Origin: Octopus sinensis | Lineage: Eukaryota | NCBI RefSeq assembly: GCF_006345805.1 | Contig: NC_042998.1 | Span: forward strand, 48,608,001-48,672,000 | Direction: 5' to 3' | Length of the DNA stretch: 64,000 bases | Part shown: piece after piece, positions 1 through 12,530 of the stretch | Position numbering within the stretch: position 1 is the stretch's first letter | Layout of the letters: every line of letters begins with the position of its first letter | Notes under the pieces: model-generated | Told to the model about the DNA's origin: nothing | The model's database searches: none | What the model saw: the letters and a program-made list of their open reading frames with translations, nothing else | Translations under genes and position numbers: made by a program

Positions 1-125
1 CTGATGAAAGGTCGTTCTTTATGTTACTTGTCCTATTTTCTATTTGTTCCTCTCGTTGTTTGCGTATTGAACTCATTTGCTTTCGTATTTCATGTTGTTT
101 ACCGTTGGTGATGTCATGTACCCAT
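1..125 (+). repeat. Fragment of a dispersed repeat, probably Penelope-like terminal repeat; homologous to 62190-62337 (- strand)
   Basis: Starts CTGATGAAAGG..TTCTTTATGTT..TCGTTGTT..TATTTCATGTT..TGATGTCATGTACCCATATAT. The same motif order is seen in the reverse complement of 62190-62337. Confidence 0.5.
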
Positions 126-163
126 ATATATATATATATATATATAATATATATATATATATA

Positions 164-197
<34 letters not shown>

Positions 198-347
198 TAC
201 TTAGCGGTTCGGCAAAAGAGACCGATAGAATAAGTACTGGGGCTTACAAAAGAATAAGTCCCGGAGTCGATTTGCTCGATTAAAGGCGGTGGTCCAACAT
301 TGCCGCAGTCAAATGACTGAAACAAGTAAAAGATTAAGAGTAAAAGA

Positions 348-348
<1 letters not shown>
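198..348 (+). mobile_element. SINE family B, 3' half
   Basis: CTTAGCGGTTCGGCAAAAGAGACCGATAGAATAAGTAC...GACTGAAACAAGTAAAAGA matches the 3' half of the full copy at 20482-20899. Confidence 0.85.
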
Positions 349-428
<80 letters not shown>

Positions 429-432
429 TAAG

Positions 433-650
433 TTGACGACCTGGCAGAATCGTTAGCACCCTGGACAAAATGCATAGCGGCATTTCGTCCGTTTTTACGT
501 TGTAAGTTCAAATTCCGCCGGGGACGATTTTGCCTTACATCCTTTAGTGGTCGATAGAGAAGTACCAGGCGAGAACTCGGGTCAATGTATTCGGCTAGCC
601 CCATACCCTGACATTTCAAGCTTTGTGCCTACAATAGAATAGGAAAGATT
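433..650 (+). mobile_element. SINE family A (tail variant A2), diverged
   Basis: tRNA-like head (CTGGCAGAATCGTTAGCA...GTTCAAATTCCGCC), body GCCTT..CATCCTTT..GGTCGATA..AAGTACCAG, tail ..TTTGTGCCT. Confidence 0.8.
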
Positions 651-1796
651 ATTATTATATATACACACACAGACATAGATGTATTTCTTTATAATATATA
701 TATATATATATTTATAGATGTGTGTATGTGTGTGTATACATGTTTGGGAAATAAGAACAAAAGATATATTTGAAGGATATGTAGAGAAATTTGTGTAGAC
801 TGACATGTTTCGTTGTCTGCATCGATATCCATGAATTCAGAAAACGGAAGTCGGCAAGAAAGATGGATAGAGAACTGTCAGTGATCAAAACCGGAAAAAT
901 ACACAGATAAGAGAATTCTTTTAATTGGGAAGCGATATATATATTCATGTGAGGGTGGGGGAGAGAATGAGTGAGTGAGAGAGAGAGAGAGAGAGAGAGA
1001 ACGGAAGGGAGAGAGGGAGAACGGAAGGGAGAGAGGGAGAACGGAAGGTAGAGAGAGATTGACATTGAGAAGCATACAGACAGCTTTAATTCCACTAAAA
1101 AACAAGATGCAGAGTAAACGATAAGATAATTTTATTCTATAATAATAACAAAATGAGGAGATTTATTCTTTGGTTACCGATAAATTAATTGAATTGTGAC
1201 AAGCATGATCAACAAGATAAAATTAATGTTCTGTATTAAAAAAAAAAGCAATAGTTTCCACGTTAAGAATATACAAAAACTACTGAAATGTTATCGATTA
1301 CTATACTGAGTACATTATTCTACAAAAACTGATGACGTGTACCTGAATGTGTATGTGCCTATAGACACATGTGTGTGCTAGTGTGAATGAGAGTATATGT
1401 GCGTATGTGTGTGTGTGCATGTACGTGTAAATTAGTTTGCAATCATATATACGTTTTAAAGAGTATATACATATATATATGCGAAGTTCTCCGGCCCCGT
1501 AAGGCAATTATATAATCTACAACTTGCTGGTCATCGCAACCGTCTTAGCTCGCTCAGACACTGTGGTCAAACCTCCAAATTTACTGAGTAGAATCGGATT
1601 GTGTAGACCGTCTCACACTTTAAAACCACTAAGCGTATGCAGAAAGAAAAGTCCTACAACATCAAGGCTCATTTCATATAGTCATTTGAAGACGTGCCAC
1701 TTTTCCTCAGGATCTCCAGGCACGAAGAAACTGCCATAATTATCTGGAGATTTATATGTATATATTTACGATTCCATTACCGTATGCTTCAAATAA

Positions 1797-2201
1797 TACC
1801 TATTTCTTTACTACCCACAAGGGGCTAAACACAGAGAAGACGAACAAGGACAGACAAACGGATTAAGTCGATTATATCGACCCCAGTGCGTAACTGGTAC
1901 TTATTTAATCGACACCGAAAGAATGAGAGGCAAAGTCGACCTCGGCGGAATTTGAACTCAGAACGTAACGGCAGACGAAATACCTATTTATTTACTACCC
2001 ACAAGGGGCTAAACACAGAAGGGACAAACGGATTAAGTTGATTACATCGATCCCAGTGCGTAACTGGAACTTAATTTATCGACCCCGAAAGGATGAAATG
2101 CAAAGTCGACCTCGGCGGAATTTGAACTCAGAACGTACCAGCAGACGAAATACCACTAAGTATTTCGCCCGGCGTGCCAACGTTTCTGCCAGCTCGCCGC
2201 C
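1797..2201 (-). mobile_element. SINE family A (tail A1), tandem dimer
   Basis: One head (GGCGGCGAGCTGGCAGAAACGTTGGCACGCCGGGCGAAATAC, B box GAGTTCAAATTCC) followed by two body+tail units joined at ..AAATAGG|TATTTCGTCTG. Confidence 0.9.
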
Positions 2202-3285
2202 CTTCAAATGATACCTGAGCTGAGAAGTAAAGTGATACACTCCGTCGTAGAAGGGAAACTCTGAGCAGCAAAAAACCGTACGTCGCATTATTATTCTTCA
2301 GTATTAATGTAATCGATGTCGTGTCACTGTTGAGTTGATCTGCAGCTGTTCTGTTGAGCTGCGATATTTGGTAAAATGGCTGTACTGTGATCGGCAAGTA
2401 ACACGTTACGCCTGCTATTAGAAAATCGAACAAGTCACTTGTTCAAAGTTAAAATTACCGACGAAATGTCGCTGTTGATTCTAATACTATCGTATCGACT
2501 GCTACTTGCTATCAAAGAAGACATGCGTCATTTGATTGGTTTAAATGAATCAATTTAAACAACAAATCAAATCATTGGATGGGAGTTCACATTGCTATCA
2601 CATCACATCTCTTTATCATCAAAGATACGCTACACACCCTCTACACATAAAAACACACAAATACGCACACACCTACAAACACAAGTACACACGCACACAT
2701 ACGCATATATATTTGGATGTAGATCGATTTTAACCTATTTATTTATTAGTCATGTAAATTATATGAACTGTATTTATCAGTTATATTTAAACTAATCTTT
2801 AAAACACAGATCTCATGGAAGGCAGTATTTTGTATAATCGCTTTAAATGTCTTCGGATTTTCAAACATGCTAAAGACAATGGAAGTGCATACACAAATTC
2901 CTACATCAATCAGGTATTTTCTTTTATCAGTCAGTCTTTTCTTAAATTCTTTGCATATAATTAATGACTTTTACTGTAAGAAAGTCTGTTTTCAAGTATT
3001 GCAGCTATATATGCCGACGACACGAGAAAACAGATGCATCCTACGATGTAACAATATCATTCGCAGCCTACTGTATTCTCACGCATCTTGTTTAGGAGGA
3101 GAGCGTCTTCGAAGAGAAGTGATATTGAACACGTCCGAGTTGTCTCGAACGTGTTTGATATGACTTTTATATATATCTTATTCAACACTGCTTCGTGCGA
3201 CTTTATGTGTGTGTGTATATGTACATACATACATACACACACACACACACGTATATATGCATAAGTATGTAAGTGTACACATATA

Positions 3286-4545
3286 CACAGACATGCAGGA
3301 AGTAAATAGACACCTTTAGTTTTCAAAATCTTTTATTTAATGTGCAAAGCGAACAATTGTAATGTAATCGATACTTTAGTATTTAGTTGACATTCCCTTT
3401 GCAGTTTTTAATCCAGAATCTCTTTTTGGCATTGAACTTATGAGCTATGTGATTGTCTCTTGTAGAATTTCTGCCCACTTTTCACGTAACAATCGAAACA
3501 ATTCCTCTTTAGATTTAGGTTTCTGTCGAGTTTTTCATATAGCCCTATCTAGTATGCTCCAAAGATTTTCAGTTGGGTTCATGTCAGATTGGCTTGGCCA
3601 AGGAAGCTTTTTGATCCCATTTTCAGTCAGCCATTGTTGATTCCTTTTCGCTGTGTAGCATGGTGCCCCATCTTCCATGAATAAAAACTCATTTTTAATT
3701 ATGTTATCGTGTGAATACATCGGAAGTAGTCCTTGCTTAAGTATTTCGATGTATTTTTCAGAGTTTATGGTTCCAACACATTCGATCAGCTCAGAAAGAC
3801 CATTGCTGGTGACAGCTCCCCATACCCTTTGCAGAGATACCACCATGTTTCACATGTGGTTGGAGTCGTTTCAAATCAAATTCTTGATTGGAAAGACTCC
3901 AGACCGAAGCACGTCCTCTGTCTGAAAATAATGCAAATCTGGATCCATCTGAAAAAATCACTCTATCCAAAAATGAACTGGATTTATCTGACATCTCCTC
4001 AGCACATTTCTTTCTTTTCATGATTTTAATTTGTTGAAGGAGAGGTTTTCTTCTAGCTGCTCGTCCATAATACCTAAGCTTATGCAGATATGTAACATGT
4101 TCTAAGACTAACTTCAAGCTGTTTTCAAATGTCAGAAGCCATCGAGCATGGTCCGTTTTCCACAATTCTCTTCAAACAGCGAAGCTTCCTTTCCGAGGGC
4201 CCAGGTCGGCTGGGACGAGAATCTGTTGATTCTTATCCTTGGCTTTTGAATTGCACTATAATTCTATTAACAGTAGCAAGAGGAATTTGAAGGTTTTCGG
4301 CAATTTTTCGCGGGCTAAGACCAGCGTTAGATTGCCCAACAATACGACCTCTTTGAAAATCTGACAAGTTCTGCAGAATCTTTGGGGTGTGGTATGGTTA
4401 CTCTTTGCAAATGTTTAATATAATGGCACCTGGAATGAAAAAGAATAATTACATTGTAAATTCTACACCGCTGAAAACATATTAAGACGCTTCGATCAGA
4501 AATTTTGAAAATTAAAGGTGTCTATTTCGTTCCTGAAGGTCTGTG
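3286..4545 (-). mobile_element. Full-length but decayed Tc1-family DNA transposon (DD34E transposase pseudogene)
   Basis: 44-bp TIRs (3286-3329 / 4502-4545, 39/44 identical) flanked by TA. Minus-strand remnants: [15 protein letters not shown] (HTH), VIFSDGSRF, FMEDGAPCYTA, WPSQSDMNPTENLW, ending KGMSTKY*. Several frameshifts. Confidence 0.95.
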
Positions 4546-4600
4546 TATATGACTAAATATATCTATATCTATATCAATATGCATCTACCTATATATATCA

Positions 4601-4639
<39 letters not shown>

Positions 4640-4905
4640 CACATATATATATACATACAGATGTATGTATATATATATATATACACATACATACATACAC
4701 ACACACTCACAAACACATGAGAGAGAGGGAGAAAGAAAGAAACAAACAAACAAAGAGGGCATAAAAGCATATATACTCATATACTTATAGTTATTCATCG
4801 AATCCGATGGAGATTATCGCTTCCATTTGTGGATCCTTTGATGACACTGTAGCCAATTCCTTGGTGTATAGTTTCAGTGGCAGACGTAACGTGTAATCAT
4901 TTGGC

Positions 4906-5006
4906 AAGACGACGAGCTGACACAACTGTTAGCACGCTGGGCTAAATGCTTAGCGGCATTTCGCCAGTTTTTACATTCTGAGTTCAAATTCCTTCGAGGT
5001 CGATTA
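4906..5006 (+). mobile_element. SINE family A head fragment
   Basis: GACGAGCTGAC..GTTAGCACGCTGGGCTAAATGCTTAGCGGCATTTCG..GAGTTCAAATTCC..GAGGTCGA. Confidence 0.75.
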
Positions 5007-5313
5007 TGAGTGAGAATGAGATATGGACACATACTCTCACATATACATACACATGATCAGGGATATATTATACATACATACATACATACATACATACATA
5101 CATACATACGTGTGTATGTGTGTGAGTGTGTGTGTGTGTGTGTGTATGCATATAAAGATATACGTACATATATTATATATATATATATATATTATATATA
5201 TGTATAGATAGATAATATGTAAATATCTATACGCAAATATATATATATATTGATATATATATGTATGTATATATATATGTGTGTGTGTATATATGTGTGT
5301 ATACATATTTGTA

Positions 5314-5350
<37 letters not shown>

Positions 5351-5355
5351 TATAT

Positions 5356-5416
<61 letters not shown>

Positions 5417-5423
5417 ATACGTA

Positions 5424-5466
<43 letters not shown>

Positions 5467-6560
5467 CACGTGCATATGTACACAGGCAACACCATCCAAT
5501 TAAATAACTGAAAGTCACATGTATGGATATAACATATGCATGTGCCTGGACGCATGCGCTATGTTGTAAGTGTGCGTTTGTGTGTGTATGCATACAATAT
5601 ACATACGTACATACATACATATATACACATATATACATACATACATACATACATATATGTGTGTATGTACTTATGTATGATGTATGTATGCATACATGTG
5701 TGTATGTTTATATACATAGGTATGAATGTATATGTGTATATAATGGATATATCTATATATTTACATACGAGTGCATTCGTGAAAGCAAGGATATAGTACC
5801 ACTTAGCTGAGCAATCCAGCGGAATCAATTGGAAATATTTCCTTAAGGTTAGTTAAGCAAAGCTAATTGATTTGTGAAGGAGCTGGTTGGTATTGCGCAT
5901 GATGCACTCGTTGCATCAGCCGATAGTTTATTTCTTCAGATCTTTCGTTTTCACTCTACCAAGAGACATACAGTTGGTAGTAGATATTCTGTAATCGAAT
6001 TATGTGGTATCATGAAATGAGATGTTAGCCATAATAATAGTCACTCCACTTTCAAAGTGGCAGCATTCGTACGCGGCTTCGTTTTGATTTACTTCGTAAT
6101 ATCGGACTGTTTCCTTGGAAATCTTATGATAGACAACTCGACACTGACGGAGACGCTGCCGGAGACGCTGCCGGAGACGCTGCCGACTGTGGACTGTATA
6201 TTGGTGTAAATGGGTAGAAATTGCGTTTGCGAAGTAACACACGGCGGTTCCATCTAACAATGTAATGCTATTACTCATGCATACATGAAATGTCAATGTA
6301 TATATACATATATATATTATATATATATTATATATTATATATATATATATATATTATAATATATATATATATGTATAAATAGTGTACACAAGAGATAACT
6401 ACCCTTTAACAGGTAATTTTTACATGCTAGAAGAAGCAGCCAAAACGGCTAGAACCACAATTAATAGCAATTTACGTTTACCTTGTTATCGTTTGCAGTT
6501 ATACCTAGGTTTCAAATTTCTTTACCAAATAATATTCGCTACCCTATATATGTATCTTAC

Positions 6561-6697
6561 TTTGCCTTTCATCCTTCCGGGGTCGATTAAATAAGTACCA
6601 GTTACGAACTGGGGTCGATGTAATCGACTTAGTCCCTTTGTCTGTCCTTGTTTGTCCCCTCTATGTTCAGCCCCCTGTAGGCAATAAATAAATAATA
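6561..6697 (+). mobile_element. SINE family A 3' half (A1 tail)
   Basis: GCCTTTCATCCTTCCGGGGTCGATTAAATAAGTACCAG...GTCTGTCCTTGTTTGTCC..GCCCC. Confidence 0.8.
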
Positions 6698-7049
6698 AAC
6701 TATACAGATGCTTTCATTTCTACTTACCTAGCAAGACCAATCTAATTTGCATAACAGTACGTACACTGACAGCGCGAGTTAATGAATTATTTCAGTAGTG
6801 CTCTAAACAGGGCGGGGTTTATAATTTGAAACGTGTGGTATACTCTTATAAATAAACGACTCAGCTTCTTTAGTGAAAAGTCAAGTAAAAACGACTGTTT
6901 AATCTTGGTTGTCAGTAGATGAGCTGTTATGTATATTATGTATATGCTGTCAAATATAATTGGGTTCTTGTTTGTATGACTTACAAATAGATATAATCCC
7001 TCCGTAGACAGAAGATGGATGTCTAAAAGTAGTCGAAACTAGTCAGATC

Positions 7050-8275
7050 GATTCTACTTTTTCTGACTACAGAGAGTGTGAGACACCCCTCCCTAGGACT
7101 TACATTTGCGGCATTATACTCATCCACAATAGAGTACAAGATAATGCACAAATATAAACACGTAATACACAGCATATATAAATGATATTCTAGTTGTAAT
7201 ACATACATCAAAGGAAATTGAGAGACTAAAGGAAGACTTAGACAATAATTCCGTATTAAGATTTAACATCTAGAATGATACAAATGAAGCCCCACATTTT
7301 GATATAAACATACTAGTCATAGATAAAAGGATAGATAAATCACGTCGGTATATATACTAACGAATCAAACAACTACATTTAGCTACATGGAAATAGTGAA
7401 TACCAACACTACATGATATCAGTGGTAAAATCACTCCTCAGAATAGCATTTATATTCTCGCCCACACACAATGCACCAGAGAAAGAAATACAAAGAATAA
7501 AACAAACACCAATTAACAACGGATATTCTATGGCAGAATATAGACTCAAATACAATGCAACAAATACATCAGATAATACACCTAATAAAAATACGCAGTC
7601 CCCACATAAAATCTATTACATTAATCAAATGCATAAAAATCTATGGAACAGACGAACTTATAATCAAAACCCTCGTAAAACGAAAGACCTGACCATAAAC
7701 TTAAACTAACAATATACTACAAAAACACCAAAGCCAAAAGTTTCCTTATCAATAACACACCACAAGCATGTGAACACAAGAACAAACTACGCATGACCAA
7801 TGTAATCAATAGATTTGACTGTAAAACTGAATTTTTCAAACTTCAGGATACTAGCTGTCATGTTGGGCATACTACTACAACACTCTCTCATAGCTCACTG
7901 TGCATTTACAACTTGATGCAAACCCGTATACCTCACACCACAAAGTAAAATTCGATAAGAAAATACTTAAAGGGAATACATATTAAAAACAGATGACTAA
8001 TTATGGAAGCCATAGCCAAATCGCAATGCAATTCCAAAATCAACACATGCATCGAAAAATTGCCAAGCCGATACTGAGACAAAAATCTAACAGTGAAAAG
8101 TCTGACAACGACAAATCAATACGTGATTGCTGATGTATCGAGCTAACGGTCAGCAAATCTTTGGCGGAAAAGTCTATATGAACTCAACTATTATATAAGA
8201 AAGAACAAAAACGCCAAATATATTCACTTCTTGAAAATGAGACACAGAAGGTCTGAAAACGTCGAATATGAATTT
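7050..8275 (+). mobile_element. Decayed Penelope-like element (RT + GIY-YIG endonuclease) with degenerate hammerhead-like 3' motif
   Basis: Remnant peptides: TPLPRTYICG/PLGLTFAALY region, YINDIL (YVDD-like), ISVVKSLLRIAF..EKEIQRIKQTPINNGYS, and TNVINRFDC..SCHVGHTTT (GIY-YIG). TTGAAAATGAGAC-ACAGAAG-GTCTGAAAACGTC at ~8232-8265. Confidence 0.8.
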
Positions 8276-8327
8276 AGAAATTTTATTGTTCCATATCACC
8301 TGAATAAAAGATAACTAAGAAAATATT

Positions 8328-8541
8328 CTTTTCTACTCTAGGCACAAGGCCCGAAATTTTCGGGGAGGGAGCCAGTCGATTAGATCGACCCCAAAGCGCA
8401 ACTGGTACTTAATTTATCGACCTCGAAAGGATAAAAGGCAAAGTCGAACTCGGCGAATTTGAACTCAGAATGTAAATGATAGACGAAATACCACAAAGCA
8501 TTTCGCCCGACGTGCTAACGTTTCTGCCATCTCGCCGCCCT
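8328..8541 (-). mobile_element. SINE family A (A2 tail), full length with 15-bp TSD
   Basis: TSD AACTAAGAAAATATT at 8313-8327 and 8543-8557; complete head and tail. Confidence 0.92.
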
Positions 8542-8614
8542 AAACTAAGAAAATATTAAAAATATAAAATAACGGAGAAAAACTTGAGCACAATCGTATA
8601 TTCAAAGAAATATG

Positions 8615-8672
<58 letters not shown>

Positions 8673-8695
8673 CAGACAGATACACACATATATAT

Positions 8696-8745
<50 letters not shown>

Positions 8746-8789
8746 CTTATACATATATATATATATATATAAGTATACATATATATAAC

Positions 8790-8877
<88 letters not shown>

Positions 8878-9565
8878 TTAAGAAAATCTCGAACGCAGGA
8901 AAATAACTGTAAAAGCAGCTTTGGAAAATCAGGTAAAATATCCCTATAAACGGGAAACTGTGGCCAGCAGCCGTCACTGAGAATAGAACTCTTTACCTCT
9001 CAAACTTCAGCATTCCTCAATCTCTAAAAATATGTCGCTCACTCGATGTTTCAGTGTTTGCTTGCGGGGCGGGGGGGGGGGGCAGTGCTGTGTATTAGAG
9101 CAGCCATGATGTACCGATTCAGATACAGCCTTACTAGACAGCTCAAATCATCCCAAGCAGACAACGCTATGTGTTTACACGAAAAACAATCCAACGTTCT
9201 ATACTGTTACTTCAGTTCATTACCGACAACTATATTACAATACCTACCACTAGCAGAGCAGCAACTGAGTTGTCACCAAACTGAACACACCTGCCTATCT
9301 TTTACAAACAACTCAGATCACTTTTGTTATCATTTACTTCAATAAAAGCCAGCAGTATTTATTCAGTTAGTCTCACATGAAGCACGTATTGACCATAAGG
9401 AATATGCAAATCGATTAACTCATTTCTGACAGTTCTTGTAAATAGTGTTTTCTACCTCACTTTGCATAAGCAATGTACAGAGGCATACGCATATATCTTT
9501 AATTTCTTACTTGTTTTAGTCGTTGGACTTGAAAGATTTAGTAGAAAATATATACATAAGAGAGG

Positions 9566-9725
9566 CTTCCACGCAGTTTCCGTCAACCAAATTCACTTAC
9601 AAGGTATTGATTGACTCGGGATAATAGTAGATGGCACTTCCCCAAGATACCGTGCAGTGAGTCTGAACCCAAAACCATTTGGTTGCAAAGCGTGATTTTT
9701 AACCACACACCTTATGCTCGCGCCT
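9566..9725 (-). mobile_element. SINE family B head, diverged
   Basis: CAGTTTCCGTCAACCAAATTCACTTACAAGG..CACTTCCCAAG..GAACCCAAAACCAT..ACCACAC. Confidence 0.7.
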
Positions 9726-9815
9726 GTAGAAATACATACATACATACATACATACATACATACATACATACATACATACATACATACATACATACATACA
9801 TACACACACACATAT

Positions 9816-9965
9816 ACAGTTACAACTCATTTTTGCCAGCTGAGTGGACTGAAGCAATGTGAAACAAAGTGTCTTGCTCAAGGACACAACGTGTCGCCGG
9901 GAATCGAACTCACGACCTTACAATCGTGAGCCGAATGCCCTAACCACTAAGCCACGCGCCTTCAC
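9816..9965 (-). mobile_element. SINE family G (tRNA head + GTGTCCTTGAGCAAGACACTT core-like segment)
   Basis: Reverse complement begins GTGAAGGCGCGTGGCTTAGTGGTTAGGG (A box) ..GAGTTCGATTCCC (B box), then GTGTCCTTGAGCAAGACACTT. Confidence 0.85.
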
Positions 9966-10919
9966 ACATACATGTATGCATACATTCATACATGAATAAA
10001 TAATTCATGAACAGGCTCGTAGAACTTTGTGCCCATGTGTTCATCTTCATTAAGGAAACATTCACGCTTCCAAGTTAGCTTTTTGACAGAAATTTCTTCC
10101 ATTACTTGTATAAAGTTTACCTTTCGTTTGTGTGTGTTACTATGTTTGGATATCATTTTTTTGTTGTCGAAATCGAAGCCCAACATCGTCTGTACAATTT
10201 ATCATAGCGATCAGTAGATCTCATTGCATTTGCACTGATTTATCGACCCAGTTCAGAACGTCATAAATAAATCTGCTACCCTGCAGTTTTGTTTATTCCA
10301 TGGACTGAATTTATATGTAAGTTGCTACAGTTTTCTTCAACAAACTTCTTTGAAAAAGTCTAGACTGATTATAGAATACAGAAATAAAACTTAGACATAA
10401 ACAGCTGGGATAGATTTATTCATCGGGACGTTTACTTTCCCGTGGGAGGCGTTTTGAAGTGTTTGGGAATCTGTCACATATGGAAATATTTTGCGTGCGT
10501 TCTATATACGATATGCATCGTTCATGGTGAAAAGACAATAAACACAAGGTGCAGACACGCACAATCACAGGTCCACACATGAAACGAGAAAATGGATTTT
10601 TCTTTCATGTTTATTCCATTCAAGTATGTATAAACTCAATTATAAATATGAGTTGCGTGCAAGTGTTTATGTATGCGATGCCTGGCCCGAACACACACAC
10701 ACACACAGACACACACACGTATATATAGGAAAGGGGCGTGTACACGAGTATACATACATGCTCCTCCCCTTTATATACATATGTGTATATATATATATAT
10801 ATGTATGTGTATATATATGTATGCGTTTATGTATATAAATATATATATATATATATATACATGGGAGGGTCATGTGTGCGTACATATGTATGTATTTATG
10901 TATATACATCTGTGATGTG

Positions 10920-10964
<45 letters not shown>

Positions 10965-11339
10965 GGATGGATGGATGGATGGATGGATAGATGGATGGAT
11001 GGATGGATGGATGGATGGATGGGGAAATATTATGATAGCGTAAAAAACAAACATGCTACAGCCTACACTTTTACTGATGCCATATGCTTCTTACTGCTGT
11101 AGCCGTGCATGATTTTAAGGTTTTGGGGTTTTTTTAATAGAAAACTTGACACCGCGACACTCCATAAGGCCTCAGTAATCTGATAAGTGTATTTGTGTAG
11201 CAGGGAGTGAATGACTACGAGTATATGGATGCGGTGGGGAGCGGGGTGTAAAAGCGATATTTTTTTGACAAAGAACAACTTTAAGTTTTGTACTGGAAAG
11301 GTCATAGTTGATTTAAGTGGGTCGTTACATTACTGTATG

Positions 11340-11480
11340 AAGTGGGCTGTGTGTTGTGTTCTTGAGCAATACACTTTATTTCTCGTTGCTCCAGTTCACT
11401 CAGCTGTAAAAATGAGTTGCAACGTCACTGGTGCCAAGCTGTATCAGCTTTTGCCATTCCATTGGATAACATCTTTGATT
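11340..11480 (+). mobile_element. SINE family G body fragment
   Basis: GTGTTCTTGAGCAATACACTTTATTTC..GCTCCAGTTCACTCAGCTGTAAAAATGAGT matches 9816-9900. Confidence 0.7.
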
Positions 11481-11494
11481 TTATTTCTAGGCAA

Positions 11495-12046
11495 AGGCGT
11501 GGCTTTATGGTAAGAAGCTTACTTCCTAACCACAAGATTCCAGGTTCAGTCCCTCTGAGTGGCACCATGGGCCTATGTCTTCTACTATAGCCTCGGACCG
11601 ACCAAAATGTTATGAATGGATTTGGTAGACGGAAACTGAAAGAACACTCTCATGTGTATGTGTGTGTGTGTGTGTGTGATTAATTATATTATATTTATAG
11701 TTGAATTAGGTACTTAAGTTGAGGCACCAAATCTGTCCAGTATTGTCCGCACAGCTTGTTACTTATTTGATATATATATATATATATATATAATATATAT
11801 AATATATATATATATATATATACATATATGCACACATACATACATACATATTGTGTGTGTGTGTACATGTGTATGTGTGTCTGTTTTGTCCCACACAACC
11901 GCTTGGCAACCAGTGTTGGTTCGGTAAAAGCAGCCGATAGAATAAGTACAAGGTTTAAAAAGATAAGTGCCGCGATCGGTTCTCTGTTCTTTCGACTAAA
12001 GTTCTACCCCAGTATGGTCGCAGTTTGATAACTGAAACATGTAGAA
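11495..12046 (+). mobile_element. SINE family B split by internal TG/TA microsatellites
   Basis: Head GGCGTGGCTTTATGGTAAGAAGCTTACTTCCTAACCAC at ~11496, core to 11650, tail 11870-12046. Confidence 0.7.
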
Positions 12047-12530
12047 AATGAAAAACAAAGGTATTTTATTGATTATCGCAGTATGTCAGTTGTTTTTGCA
12101 TTAAATATGTATTATCTTTCTATAATATTTATAATAATTAAATTATACATTACGCAGTTCATTTGTTACGCGCGTGATCCTCCGGTTTGTGGAAAAGCTA
12201 TCTTGCATGAAACTGTTCCTTGGTGCAATAAAAATTGGGGACAACTTTCCTATAGACTACAAAAGAATGTAAAAAAAAACTAAAAGCAATGGCAATCAGC
12301 AAGAAACAAAAGCTAGTAATCATCAAAAATAATACAGTACCGTTTGACTGCGTGATTAAATTTCATGGTCATTACCGTAATGATGTTAATTATTCACCAA
12401 AACAGAGAATTAATATATTCTCCTTCAGCAATATTTTTCTGTATCTCCTCTAGATATGGCTTTCATATCCACCGCTAAAAGTATTTGATTATTCATCTAT
12501 AAAGAGATATTACATGAAATATATGGAAAC

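Noticed and set aside
1524-1790. Possible LINE RT remnant
   Set aside because: Only a vague DIKA/AF..VPH resemblance; not enough to call.
9046-9345. 99-aa ORF in unique sequence
   Set aside because: No motif, no homology recognised, and no exon boundaries; length is within chance range.
9890-9965. tRNA gene (also 55005-55078 and other heads)
   Set aside because: A and B boxes are present but run straight into SINE bodies; there is no clean acceptor stem or T-run terminator.
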